A stretch of 64,000 nucleotides of DNA from sequence record NC_031039.1; one strand, given 5' to 3'. Below the pieces are notes generated by a model. It did no database searches. It saw only the letters and a program-made list of their open reading frames with translations, and was not told where the DNA came from. Below are positions 1 to 10,129 of this stretch, in pieces (within the stretch, counting starts at the first letter, position 1; each line of letters starts with the position of its first letter). The translations under genes were made by a program, and so were the position numbers.

Positions 1-389
1 TTAAAATTAACTTTAACTGTTTTAATTTTACCATCTCTAGATCTATACAAAGCATATACAGTTCTTATAGAACCTTTAGCTGTTGGACCTTCTTCTGTAA
101 TAACTACTTGACCATTAAAGGTTTTGAAATTTTGAGTTGAAATCTTAGTGAGTTTTCCTATAGAAAATGTACTTTTCATACTACTTGAGAATACTGCTTT
201 TAGTTCTTCTGAGTCTTTTAATTCATTAACACTTTTTACTGGTGTTAATCCTTTCTTTTGAGCCTTAGCATTTGTTTCTTTAAGAGCAATTTCAATAGCT
301 TTTTTAAGATCAGGCGCTCCTTTACTTACACGAATTGCTTCATTAAACATAAATGAAGACTCAACTAATTTTAACTGTTTTTCATTCAT
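1..389 (-). CDS. Partial hypothetical, probably virion protein (runs off the window start)
   Basis: ATG at 389 with GGAGG upstream. 129 open codons (MNEKQLKLVESSFMFNEAIRVSKGAPDLK...KTVKVNF) reach the window edge. Late promoter at 413-424. Confidence 0.7.
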   Translation of the reverse strand, partial: MNEKQLKLVESSFMFNEAIRVSKGAPDLKKAIEIALKETNAKAQKKGLTPVKSVNELKDSEELKAVFSSSMKSTFSIGKLTKISTQNFKTFNGQVVITEEGPTAKGSIRTVYALYRSRDGKIKTVKVNF

Positions 390-412
390 ATGAAAACCTC
401 CAATATGTGATA

Positions 413-449
413 TAATATATTGTTTATTGAAGAAGACAACAATTAATTA
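413..449. promoter_or_regulatory. Divergent pair of late (nvRNAP-type) promoters AACA-N6-TA
   Basis: Minus-strand copy at 413-424 and plus-strand copy at 438-449, each facing a gene with an RBS. Confidence 0.75.
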
Positions 450-475
450 TAGACTAGATAAGTAGGAGGATTATT

Positions 476-3400
476 ATGTCATTTTTTAAAGGTATTCGGA
501 ACATAGAAAGAGTTCAATATGATCTAGTACAATATTGTGACAAGGAATTTGTTCCAAAATTTATAGCAAGTCAAAATATTGATGAAGATAAATTATACGA
601 TACTATTGATTTTAGTTTACAGTTAGCTGAAAAATTACATTTAGATTACAATATGTGTTTTACAATTGCAGTAATGCATGATTTTGGTTATATTGAAGAA
701 GATGAAAATAATTTTAATACATTAATGAGCATAAAAGCAGATCAATTTTTGTTAAGATATTTTGATGGAAGTCAAATGGAGATTATTGAATCTGCTTGTA
801 AAGAACACGATGGTACAAGTAGAGAAACAGGAATATTTACATCTTTATATTCAAAGGTTATTGCAGATGCAGATAGGATGTCAATATTGAGAATTGAAGC
901 TATGATTCGTCATTATTGGAAATTCTATTCTAATCAAAAGGCATTCTCTAATACAGATGAGCGTCCTAATAAACTAACAGATAAAGAAATTTTTGATAAG
1001 ATGTATAGTTTTCTAAAAAAAGAGTATGGTACAATTGTATCAAAAAATAAATTATTGTTAGAAGCATCAAGAGAAATGATGAAAGATGAAATTGAGAATT
1101 CTAATAAAGTATTAAGCTCTGAAGAAGATACAAAAAGAATGGTTCTACATTTAGCTACTTATGGGGAAATCCAAATAAATAATGATGGAACGCTTACCGT
1201 AGAAAAAATAACTAAAGAGCCAATCAGTGAATCAGATCCTTTTGAATTATTTGAAAAAAATATAAAAGAATCAGTAGATGAACAACTACTAGAAGCCACA
1301 CCAAAGAATCTATCAAAGAGACAAAAGGTAGAAGATTTAATATATAAGGTACTTTCAGTTTTAGATGATACTGGAGCTAACTTGAGAAAATATAAAGAGT
1401 TCTTTGGTAAAATGAACGATGAACAATTTGATAGGTATATGAAAAAATTCCTAAAAGATGAAGATGAAAATTTTTATCTTGAAATTTTACCTAATAAAAG
1501 TGAACCTTCATTAAAGCAAATTAAAAAAGCACTAGATATCTTAAAAGTACCAACTGATGAATATGTATATCTTCGACATGATGGTCATAAAAATGATCCT
1601 ATTAGAACTGCATATAAAGTACCTGTTGGTTATATTACAATTAAGCGAGTACAACAAATTCTAAGTAAAAAGAATACTTATTCTCTTGATATTGCACAAA
1701 GAAACATGAAATCGGGTTATAATTGGCTCTCCATTATAGCAATATAATGGCAAACACTCTCCTTAATTTCTGGGATATCCTAATTTTTAGGACAATCAGA
1801 AGCGAATTTGAATAAAAACCTAATATTCAAAACGTTCAACGACTATCCGAAAGCAATCATACGATTGTGAGTAGCGGTGAAATTCCGCAATAGGAGTACG
1901 GCTCAAGCTATTGGAGTGGGTGAGAATCCCTTAAATGGAAACAGGAGGTATCCTTAACGGATAAAGATATAGTCTCGTCTCTATGGTAACATAGAGCAGT
2001 TCATAAGAGAACGCAGTAGATGTAGCGAGTCTACTGGAAGATACGCAAGTTACAGGTAATGACAAAATTGCCAGAATATCTGATATTGAATCATATAGTC
2101 TTGTTGCTATAGGAGCTGATAATGCTTTAAAAGAATTTCTTGGTCCACGAGCTAGATTATTGGTTCGTAATTTCCTTAATTGCTGGAAACTCCTTAGAGC
2201 TTATTAGACCACAACGTGACTGGTAACAGTGGGCGTGAAGGTTATAAGAACTAATAAGATTGGACAATCAGCAGCTAAGCTTTTATTTAATTCTTTAAAA
2301 AAGAGCTGACAACACTAAAACAAAAATATAAATTAGTGTTGGAGGTAAACAATTATGCCTAGAAAGAAAAGCAATGAAAAATTCATGAATGAAGTTAAAG
2401 AATTAGTAGGGGAAGAATATACATTTTTAGAGAGATACGTTCGATCATTGACTAAAATAAAGGTGAAACATAATATTTGTAACAATATATACATGGTTAC
2501 TCCTAATGATTTCTTAAATGGTGGAAAGAGATGTCCTAAGTGTGCCAACAATATTAAAAGGACAAATAAAGAATTTGTTAGTGAAATTAGAAAATTAGTA
2601 GGTAATGAATATACTTTTTTAGATGAGTATATAAATACTGACACACCTATAGGAATTATTCATAATATTTGTAAACATGTATATAAAATTTCCCCTAAAG
2701 AGTTCATTCATAGAAATTCTCGTTGCCCAAAGTGTAATTTCCTTAATAATGAATCTTTCTTTTCTAAAGTTATAAAGAAAACATTAAATGAATTAAATAT
2801 TTATTTTATTCAAGAATATTCGATTAAAGAATTAGGTAAAGGTAAAAAATTTGATTTCTATATACCTTCACTAAATTTAATAATAGAATATGATGGTAGT
2901 CAGCATTTTTATCAAAAATTTAATGATAAAAATGGATTCCTATCACAGATAAAAAGAGATCAAGAAAAGAATGATTTTATAAAGAACAGTGAATACACTT
3001 TGGTTAGAATAAATTACAAAATGAATAAAAATCTAGACATAATAATTAAAGAATTAATAAAAGAAAGTTCAACGACTATCGAAAAATATAATCTATTATT
3101 AATTAGCAAAGATAATATAACAAATTTTAAAGAATATTATAAGAATGCTAATATTAATTATTTTGATTATATTAAGTAGAGTACCCTACAAGTTATTGGT
3201 AGTATACTTCTGGGATGGAGTATAGTATAGAAAATTTCTATATTGGGAAACAGGAAACTTAGAAGATATAGTCTCAACTTCTATAGAAATATAGAGCAGT
3301 TCATTAATACTATTTTTAATAGTATTATGAGAACGCAATGAGTGTAGCGAACTCATTGGAAGATAACTTGGATAACTCTGTAGCAAAGACAGATATGTAT

Positions 3401-3571
3401 AAAAATATTAATTTATATGGATATACTTATCTAAAAGATTTGGGTCATGATATTACTGAAAATCAAACTCTTAATACCATGTATGTATATCTAATGGGTG
3501 CTGGATTAGGGAATGATTTATTAAAAGAGGATACTAATTTAGAAGAACTATTAGATAAAAAAGGAAAGTGA
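476..3571 (+). CDS. Virion RNA polymerase beta-like C-terminal subunit with N-terminal HD-like domain; spliced, exons 476-1717, 2046-2153, 3371-3571 (516 aa)
   Basis: Joined exons read ...AQRNMKSG|QVTGNDKIARISDIESYSLVAIGADNALKEFLGPRA|DNSVAKTDMYKNI, matching the beta C-terminal G-QR-GEME..AL...GA...L.E.L...SD region. Total 1551 nt, in frame. Confidence 0.85.
1718..2045 (+). ncRNA. Group I intron (no ORF), 328 nt
   Basis: Exon ends in U and intron ends in G. Core motifs CTTAATTTCTGG, GGACAATCAG, GTTCAACGACTA, AAGATATAGTC. Removal restores the frame. Confidence 0.9.
2154..3370 (+). mobile_element. Group I intron carrying a homing endonuclease, 1217 nt
   Basis: P1 CGAGCT|...GGTTCG with a U-G pair at the splice site. 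Core motifs AATTGCTGGAAAC, AATCAGCAG, GTTCAACGACTA, AAGATATAGTC. Ends ...TAACTTG. Confidence 0.9.
2355..3179 (+). CDS. Intron-encoded putative homing endonuclease (zinc-ribbon repeats + Vsr/DUF559-like PD-(D/E)xK domain)
   Basis: Two H..C...CPKC repeats; C-terminal FDFYIPSLNLIIEYDGSQHF; GGAGG RBS. Confidence 0.8.
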   Translation: MPRKKSNEKFMNEVKELVGEEYTFLERYVRSLTKIKVKHNICNNIYMVTPNDFLNGGKRCPKCANNIKRTNKEFVSEIRKLVGNEYTFLDEYINTDTPIGIIHNICKHVYKISPKEFIHRNSRCPKCNFLNNESFFSKVIKKTLNELNIYFIQEYSIKELGKGKKFDFYIPSLNLIIEYDGSQHFYQKFNDKNGFLSQIKRDQEKNDFIKNSEYTLVRINYKMNKNLDIIIKELIKESSTTIEKYNLLLISKDNITNFKEYYKNANINYFDYIK

Positions 3572-3575
3572 TATT

Positions 3576-4580
3576 ATGGAGAATAAAAGTAAAAACAATC
3601 CCCTTGAGATAAAAGGGGATTTTGTTTCATTAGCAGAAAATTTAAAATTATTTTTTTCTAAAGAATTAAAGGAAAATATTATTATTGATAAAGATAATAT
3701 GCTATTAGAATATGATTCAAATTTTGAGAAAGAATATTCATTCCCCTCAATCAAAATTGTAGAATCCAATAATAAATTAGTTGAAAGTAAATTTAAACAA
3801 ATAGAATCTAGACTAAAAGAAAATTATCAATTTACTAATTATGATCTAAATATAGATGAGGATAAATCAAATAATATAAAGTATATTAGCCACCATTACA
3901 ATTTAAAGGAAAATAAAAATGTTATCTTATCTATAAACATGATTAAGGATAATACGAGATATGATAAAATTATTGAGAGTATTAATATAAGCCTAGTATT
4001 TAGTAATCCTGTTATTACTGAAACTACGCATTTGGGAATCACAAAAACTAATATTTTAGAAGAAGATTTGTTAATGGAATCAGTATTTAAAAGAAATAAA
4101 TATAATAATGAATTAGAGAATATGGATCGAATAATGCGAATTAATAGTATCTCTACTGTTAACTTATTAAATGTTTTTGATAGTAAATTAGTTAGCATGT
4201 TAGAAAGAAGATTTGGAACTTCTTTAAATGGAAATAAAGAATATTACACTACTTACAAAAAATCTTATGAAAAGGATCTTTTATTAAGACATTTTGTAGG
4301 AGAATATAATAAATTAGTAAACAACAAAGCACTACCAAAGCATATTAGTTTTGCTTTCTCAGGACTGTTATATAAGGGACAGATGTACCCATTGTTAATT
4401 TCTATTAATAATAATATTAATAGGGTGATTGGAGTTTACTGTTTCTTATTAAGTCCAGATACTGAAAATGAGGGTGTTTATCAGATAGGAAAAGCTGAAT
4501 TATACCACTCACCAGTTGATTCATTAGCAAGTGATATATTAAAAGTACGTAAAGTTCTTAAGTGTTCATATTTTGGATAA
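3576..4580 (+). CDS. Hypothetical protein (334 aa)
   Basis: Long ORF directly after the RNAP gene, followed by a 19-bp hairpin. Confidence 0.7.
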   Translation: MENKSKNNPLEIKGDFVSLAENLKLFFSKELKENIIIDKDNMLLEYDSNFEKEYSFPSIKIVESNNKLVESKFKQIESRLKENYQFTNYDLNIDEDKSNNIKYISHHYNLKENKNVILSINMIKDNTRYDKIIESINISLVFSNPVITETTHLGITKTNILEEDLLMESVFKRNKYNNELENMDRIMRINSISTVNLLNVFDSKLVSMLERRFGTSLNGNKEYYTTYKKSYEKDLLLRHFVGEYNKLVNNKALPKHISFAFSGLLYKGQMYPLLISINNNINRVIGVYCFLLSPDTENEGVYQIGKAELYHSPVDSLASDILKVRKVLKCSYFG

Positions 4581-4585
4581 ATAAA

Positions 4586-4639
4586 TAATAAATGGAATAT
4601 CATACGGTTTAACAGCCAAATATGATATTCCATTTATTA
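4586..4639. terminator. 19-bp perfect inverted repeat, probable terminator
   Basis: TAATAAATGGAATATCATA (4586-4604) / TATGATATTCCATTTATTA (4621-4639), immediately followed by a late promoter at 4640-4651. Confidence 0.65.
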
Positions 4640-4694
4640 AACAAATAATTAATTTCCACTAAACTATTATTATGAAAGGGGTAGAACATGAGAA

Positions 4695-5645
4695 ATGAAG
4701 AACAAGAGAGCAAAAAGAACTCTAAATGTGTTCTCTGTTCTAGTATTTGCATTTTTATTATTACTCCTAATGGGAAGTAATTATGTCATCAATCTAGCTA
4801 ATACTAGTTCTGAGAAAATAAGCTCTGCTATAGAAAATCAGAACCGACAGCATGCTAGGAGTAATCTCTTATATTTTAACGATAAATTAACAAGGGATTA
4901 CGAGAACGGTAAATTAGATGTTACCAATCCAAAACAACTAGAGAAATGGGCTACTGATAATTTAAGAACAGTAAAATCAGATTCAACATTTAATAATTTT
5001 GCTGTAATTGAAGTTGAATATAGCAAAGCAAGTAAAGAGTATATTGGTAATTATATTTGGCGTGCATCTCCACAAAATATTGATAATGGTCTAGGATATA
5101 TGACTACCTATGATATCATTGTTAATCAAGAGAAAGCCAGAGTCTTCTTTTCCAATAATAAAGATATTGGTGGGAAATATCCATTTATTTCTTATAATTT
5201 AATTAAGAATTCCTATAAAGGAAAGATCAGCGACTTAATTAAAGAAGAAATCATTAGATATAAAAATCCAGATGAAGTCCAAGATACCTTAAATGCTATG
5301 TATGAAGGATCAGTAAGTGGCAACAATGATAATTACACTTGGAAATATAATAATGGTAAAGAAAGCTTTATTGAATGGACAACAGTTCCTTTAGAATCTA
5401 CTATTGGACTGAATGATGAACCAAAAAATAAACGTGGATTAATAAATCCTAACTATAAAAGAATTATTATAGCATGTTCAGTTGATAAAGATTATGTTAA
5501 CCAACCATTTAAGAAACAAATAACAGATCTAGAACACTTTAAAGAGTGCGTTTTAATAGGAGTTAGTTTGTTTGTATTTCTCTCTATTGGTTTAATTCTC
5601 TATTTTACTTGGCTGATTTGCTACAATAATAACCACAAAAAATAA
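4695..5645 (+). CDS. Membrane protein with N- and C-terminal TM helices and a large external domain
   Basis: Hydrophobic VFSVLVFAFLLLLLMG and VLIGVSLFVFLSIGLILYFTWLIC segments; late promoter upstream. Confidence 0.7.
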   Translation: MKNKRAKRTLNVFSVLVFAFLLLLLMGSNYVINLANTSSEKISSAIENQNRQHARSNLLYFNDKLTRDYENGKLDVTNPKQLEKWATDNLRTVKSDSTFNNFAVIEVEYSKASKEYIGNYIWRASPQNIDNGLGYMTTYDIIVNQEKARVFFSNNKDIGGKYPFISYNLIKNSYKGKISDLIKEEIIRYKNPDEVQDTLNAMYEGSVSGNNDNYTWKYNNGKESFIEWTTVPLESTIGLNDEPKNKRGLINPNYKRIIIACSVDKDYVNQPFKKQITDLEHFKECVLIGVSLFVFLSIGLILYFTWLICYNNNHKK

Positions 5646-5658
5646 AAGAAAAGGAGCA

Positions 5659-6069
5659 TTGATAACCATGCCTAACCATACTGATGACACAATTGTCAGA
5701 ATCTTATGGGTGGTAGTGATTAGCTTCTTTTCCGCATTCGCCAAGGAACTTAATGATCGTGCCAAAAACCCTAAAGAAACGTTTCTCTTATTTCTGAGTG
5801 AGGTTCTTCTAAACGGTGTTTGTGGTGCGATCACTGGAGTTCTAGCATTTAACCTCACGGATAATATCTATACAATATCTGCTATTTCCGCAATCGGAGG
5901 ATTAATGGGAATGAACCTCATCAAATACATTACTAAGCTTGGCATTGTTTATGTTGCGGCATTGAGAAATATAAACGTAGATGATCTTAGTAAAATTAAT
6001 TTAGATGATGAAAAGCCTAGCGAAGAAGAAAAGAAAGAGAACACTACAGAAGAAAAAAGGGAATCCTAA
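5659..6069 (+). CDS. Putative holin (LydA-like)
   Basis: Small multi-TM protein with the pattern NGVCGAITG...SAISAIGGLMG and a charged C-terminal tail. Confidence 0.6.
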   Translation: MITMPNHTDDTIVRILWVVVISFFSAFAKELNDRAKNPKETFLLFLSEVLLNGVCGAITGVLAFNLTDNIYTISAISAIGGLMGMNLIKYITKLGIVYVAALRNINVDDLSKINLDDEKPSEEEKKENTTEEKRES

Positions 6070-6301
6070 GATAATTAAAGAAGAATAGTCTAATAACTCA
6101 CTGTTCTTCTTTGAATTATCATGGCATGAGTTATAATGCTTCTTTTATGTTTTAATTTTATTACTTTTGAGTTATTATTTTAATATAAGAATAAAATTAT
6201 ACTGTACAGTATAATTTTTCAATTGCATTTAATTGTCATTACCTTAAATGAAATATAAGAATATATTATTAATTTGTATATTTTATTAAGGAGGACATTA
6301 A

Positions 6302-7948
6302 ATGTCATATATTGAAATTGATAAAGAATTTTTTATTAATAACATTCAGCCAGAGTTTAAAACTGATTCAGAAATCAATATTCAGGGTAGATCTAAACTT
6401 AGATATGGCGCATCAATGTTAGAATTAAATCCAAATTCACTAGAATGGGATGACTTAGAAAAAATATATGACATTGCTCAGAATAAAGGCAATAGGTCTG
6501 TTATGATGCAAGTTTCAGCGATCAAGAATTTAATCTCTGACTTTGAAGGAGCTAAGATAGCTAATTTAAAAGCACTTGCAGTTGCACTACCTTCATACTT
6601 TAGTGATAATTTAATTGACGGATGGATTTATTCTTTGGATAGAAAAAATAATCCAGTCACAGTTGATCCATACTTAATTACAGATATTCGCTACTATCCT
6701 CCTAAAAAGGATGATCCAGCGTCTGTTTCTATTAGATTAGTTGCTAATTCACCTCGTCAAAGTAGCCGCGATAAACGTTATACACGTAGTATCTATTTTG
6801 ATAGTAGTGATATCAGAGGGAAAACAATTCCTCAAATACTGGCAAAAGAGAATCTGTTTCATGAAACAGAGGAACTAAAAAATATCTATCTAGAACAATT
6901 AGAATTATTTAATAAATATCAACCTCAAAAAACGAAGCAATTTTTAATTTCAGGGAAAAGCTATGAAACATCAGGAGGAAGTTATTCTTCAGACTATTAT
7001 TTTAATTCTAATGGTTATATAGACATAGCAACTAAAAATAGATTTATCAATGATGAAGGAATAATTAAACGAGTTTTTAATGAAGAGTATGATCCTTATT
7101 ACTGGAGAAACGAAGCAGGAGTGGAAGAAAAATTTGATAGAATTCCACAACATTGCTATATTTTTGGTTTTAACTTAGATACACATAAATATACATGGGT
7201 ACATGCTACTAATATGAAACCATATGAATACGACACTGGTCTAAGAGATAAGTTAATACTCCCTCAACGACATAAGGATTTAATTGACATTCTAGTAAGT
7301 GATCTTGATATTCTTAAAGAAGATATAATTGAAGGTAAATCTGGTGGAACTACTATATTAGCTACAGGCAAACCGGGACTTGGTAAGACTCTTTCAGCAG
7401 AAATTTATTCTGAAGCAATTGAAAAACCACTTTATAAAGTTCATTCAGGACAATTAGGATTGAGCTCAAAAGATGTTCAAGAAAATCTAGAAGTAATATT
7501 AAAGAGAGCTTCACGTTGGGGAGCAATTGTATTATTAGATGAAGCTGATGTTTTTATTAGAGAAAGAGGAAATGATTTGCAACAAAATGCTGTTGTTGCA
7601 AGCTTCTTAAGAACACTAGAATACTTTGATGGTATTTTATTTATGACAACTAATAGGGAATTTGATGTAGATGATGCTATTAAATCAAGATGTATTGCTG
7701 TTATTAGATATGAAACACCTTCTGAAGAAGATGCTAAAAAAATATGGAAAGTATTATCTACTCAATTAGAAGTAAACCTTAGCGATGAATTAATTGATCA
7801 GTTAGTTCTTAAATTCCCAGAAGCATCAGGACGTGATATTAAAGAACTATTAAAACTTACATCAAGATTTGCCAAAGGAAAAAATGAAGAAATCTCATTA
7901 GAACTGTTTAGACAGTGTGCTCAGTTTAGAGCTATTAAAATCAAATAG
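6302..7948 (+). CDS. AAA+ ATPase
   Basis: Walker A GKPGLGKT, Walker B IVLLDEAD, sensor MTTNR, and DDAIKSR arginine finger. Confidence 0.85.
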   Translation: MSYIEIDKEFFINNIQPEFKTDSEINIQGRSKLRYGASMLELNPNSLEWDDLEKIYDIAQNKGNRSVMMQVSAIKNLISDFEGAKIANLKALAVALPSYFSDNLIDGWIYSLDRKNNPVTVDPYLITDIRYYPPKKDDPASVSIRLVANSPRQSSRDKRYTRSIYFDSSDIRGKTIPQILAKENLFHETEELKNIYLEQLELFNKYQPQKTKQFLISGKSYETSGGSYSSDYYFNSNGYIDIATKNRFINDEGIIKRVFNEEYDPYYWRNEAGVEEKFDRIPQHCYIFGFNLDTHKYTWVHATNMKPYEYDTGLRDKLILPQRHKDLIDILVSDLDILKEDIIEGKSGGTTILATGKPGLGKTLSAEIYSEAIEKPLYKVHSGQLGLSSKDVQENLEVILKRASRWGAIVLLDEADVFIRERGNDLQQNAVVASFLRTLEYFDGILFMTTNREFDVDDAIKSRCIAVIRYETPSEEDAKKIWKVLSTQLEVNLSDELIDQLVLKFPEASGRDIKELLKLTSRFAKGKNEEISLELFRQCAQFRAIKIK

Positions 7949-7956
7949 AAGGAGTT

Positions 7957-8295
7957 ATGATAATGGGTAATATTCTTACTGAAATAAAAGCATTTGATAC
8001 TAATTATATACAAAAAGGTGATGCTATTAAAATTATTTCACCTGAAATTTTCTCTAAATTAGGTGTTAATAATAGGAATGCGATAATTTCCGAAATTAAA
8101 GATAATGGTCAGGAGCTAGTGTGCTTTTTTGTATCTGATACGTATGTAAATACTTCTCCTTTTGGGGTTATCTTTAATGGTGATAATTACAAAATTTTAT
8201 CAATTAGAATAAATGTTAAAGATGTAGTCAATAATATGATTATGGTTGAAAAATTAATTCCTGAAGAAGTTTCACAATCAAGTGAAATTTTATAG
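7957..8295 (+). CDS. Hypothetical protein
   Basis: ORF with GGAG RBS. Confidence 0.6.
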   Translation: MIMGNILTEIKAFDTNYIQKGDAIKIISPEIFSKLGVNNRNAIISEIKDNGQELVCFFVSDTYVNTSPFGVIFNGDNYKILSIRINVKDVVNNMIMVEKLIPEEVSQSSEIL

Positions 8296-8365
8296 TATAA
8301 ATAAAGAATGAAATAGCTAATAATGCTATTTCATTCTTTAAATAACTTTAAAGGGGATATGTAAA

Positions 8366-8623
8366 ATGGCAAATAACTACACAGGTTACACAAGTGAATT
8401 TGGTTTGTTACTATATTCAAATAAAAAATATAATAGAAAAAATGTATTTAAAAGATTAAGATGTAAACATGATGTAATTACAAGAGATAGATGGGTAGAA
8501 GCAGGTTTCTATCCAACAGATTATAGTGTTTATTATTGTGAAAAGTGTGGAAAAATCAAAAATATTAAAAAATGGAGTGGTGAAAAGAGAAAATTAAAAT
8601 TTGGTAGAATAAGGGAAATATAA
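8366..8623 (+). CDS. Small Cys/His-containing hypothetical protein
   Basis: C.H...YCEKCGK motif typical of small phage zinc-finger proteins. Confidence 0.6.
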   Translation: MANNYTGYTSEFGLLLYSNKKYNRKNVFKRLRCKHDVITRDRWVEAGFYPTDYSVYYCEKCGKIKNIKKWSGEKRKLKFGRIREI

Positions 8624-8731
8624 TAAAATAGATTTCCCTTCTCTTATGTATTCACTTTTTAATAGAAAAAATTTAGAGAATTCCTAACAAGTAATTGAAA
8701 ATCTTGTTATACATGAGAGGGGAAATTCATA

Positions 8732-9997
8732 ATGTCAATCTTAACCGAAGAAATGCGTAAAATTATTAGTAAAGAAAAAATTGGAGAAGAAAATACTTAT
8801 ACTCCTGCATATAGAACTGGAATTGATCTTTTTGATTATCGTAACGGTCGTAGAGAAAGTGGTACTAAGAAGATTGGTATTGATGGTGGAAAGGTTCTTA
8901 CAGTTGTAGGTAAATCAGGTACAGGTAAATCAACTCTTGCTATTGAGTTTGCCAGTAGTATTGTTGAACCATATAAAGAAGGACAAGTTTATCATTTGGA
9001 TTTTGAACGTGCGTCAACTTTATCACGTATTCAAACTATTACTGGTTGGTCAGATGAAAAAGTTAAAGAAAAATGGATTCTATTGAATCGTGGAATCTAC
9101 AGTGAAAGTTTATATCAATTGGTTAAATCACTAGCTAAAATTAAGCTTGAAAAATTTGAAGAATTGGCTTTAGATACAAATGAAGTTGATTTACATGGAA
9201 ATGATGTAAGAGTTCTTCCTCCAACAGTTATCTTACTTGATTCTTGGGCTACTCAAATGCCTAAAAGTATCTCTGAAGAAGAAAAACTATCAGGTTCTAT
9301 GTCAGCAACATCTATTGCTAAGACAAATAATGCTATTATTAAACGTATTATGGGTGATCTTGAACAAGCAAATATTATCCTGATTATTATTAACCATATT
9401 ACTCAAAAAATTGAAATTAACCCAATGGTTAAAACTCAGGCTCAAGTTAACTACTTCAAACAAGATGAATCTATTCCTGGAGGAACTTCTTGTATTTATC
9501 TTGCTAATACTCTTTTGAAACTTGTTTCTTCAAGTAAACTAGAACCAGATAAAGAGTTTGGAATTAAAGGATTTAAAGTAAATGGTGAGTTAATTAAATC
9601 ACGTTCTAATAGTGCTGGTAATAAATTTGAGATGGTATTTGATCAAGAAAAAGGTTTTGATAATGTTCTTACTAACTATCTTCTACTTAAATCTAGTGGT
9701 GCTATTGGCGGAGCAGGTAGAGGTTTCTATCTTAATACTCTTCCAGATGTAAAATTCTCTCAAAAAACAGTTAAAGAAAAGTATGAAACTGTTCCAGAAT
9801 TTAAAGCTGAATTTGATCGTTTAGTTGAAGAGATTATGGAAGAATTCCTATCCGGTATTGATCTCTCAGAAGATAATGATAATCTTACATTGGAAGAAAA
9901 CATTGAAGGTAACATTTGGAGAGCTAGTGACGGTCAATATTATAAATTTGATGAAAAAACTGAGGAAGTTGAATTAATTGAAAATTACGGAAAATAA
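8732..9997 (+). CDS. recA: RecA/UvsX-like recombinase
   Basis: GKSGTGKST, LLDSWA, IIINHITQKI and IPGG motifs. AACA-N6-TG promoter at 8686-8697. Confidence 0.85.
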   Translation: MSILTEEMRKIISKEKIGEENTYTPAYRTGIDLFDYRNGRRESGTKKIGIDGGKVLTVVGKSGTGKSTLAIEFASSIVEPYKEGQVYHLDFERASTLSRIQTITGWSDEKVKEKWILLNRGIYSESLYQLVKSLAKIKLEKFEELALDTNEVDLHGNDVRVLPPTVILLDSWATQMPKSISEEEKLSGSMSATSIAKTNNAIIKRIMGDLEQANIILIIINHITQKIEINPMVKTQAQVNYFKQDESIPGGTSCIYLANTLLKLVSSSKLEPDKEFGIKGFKVNGELIKSRSNSAGNKFEMVFDQEKGFDNVLTNYLLLKSSGAIGGAGRGFYLNTLPDVKFSQKTVKEKYETVPEFKAEFDRLVEEIMEEFLSGIDLSEDNDNLTLEENIEGNIWRASDGQYYKFDEKTEEVELIENYGK

Positions 9998-10129
9998 TCT
10001 TAAGATGAGAATAGTGTAAATTACACTATTCTCATTATCTTTTTTCCAATTTATTTTTTAGATATATATTATAAAAAAGAATTCCTATTACTTAAAGGAA
10101 GGAAAAGTCTATATCGGACAAATAAAAAC

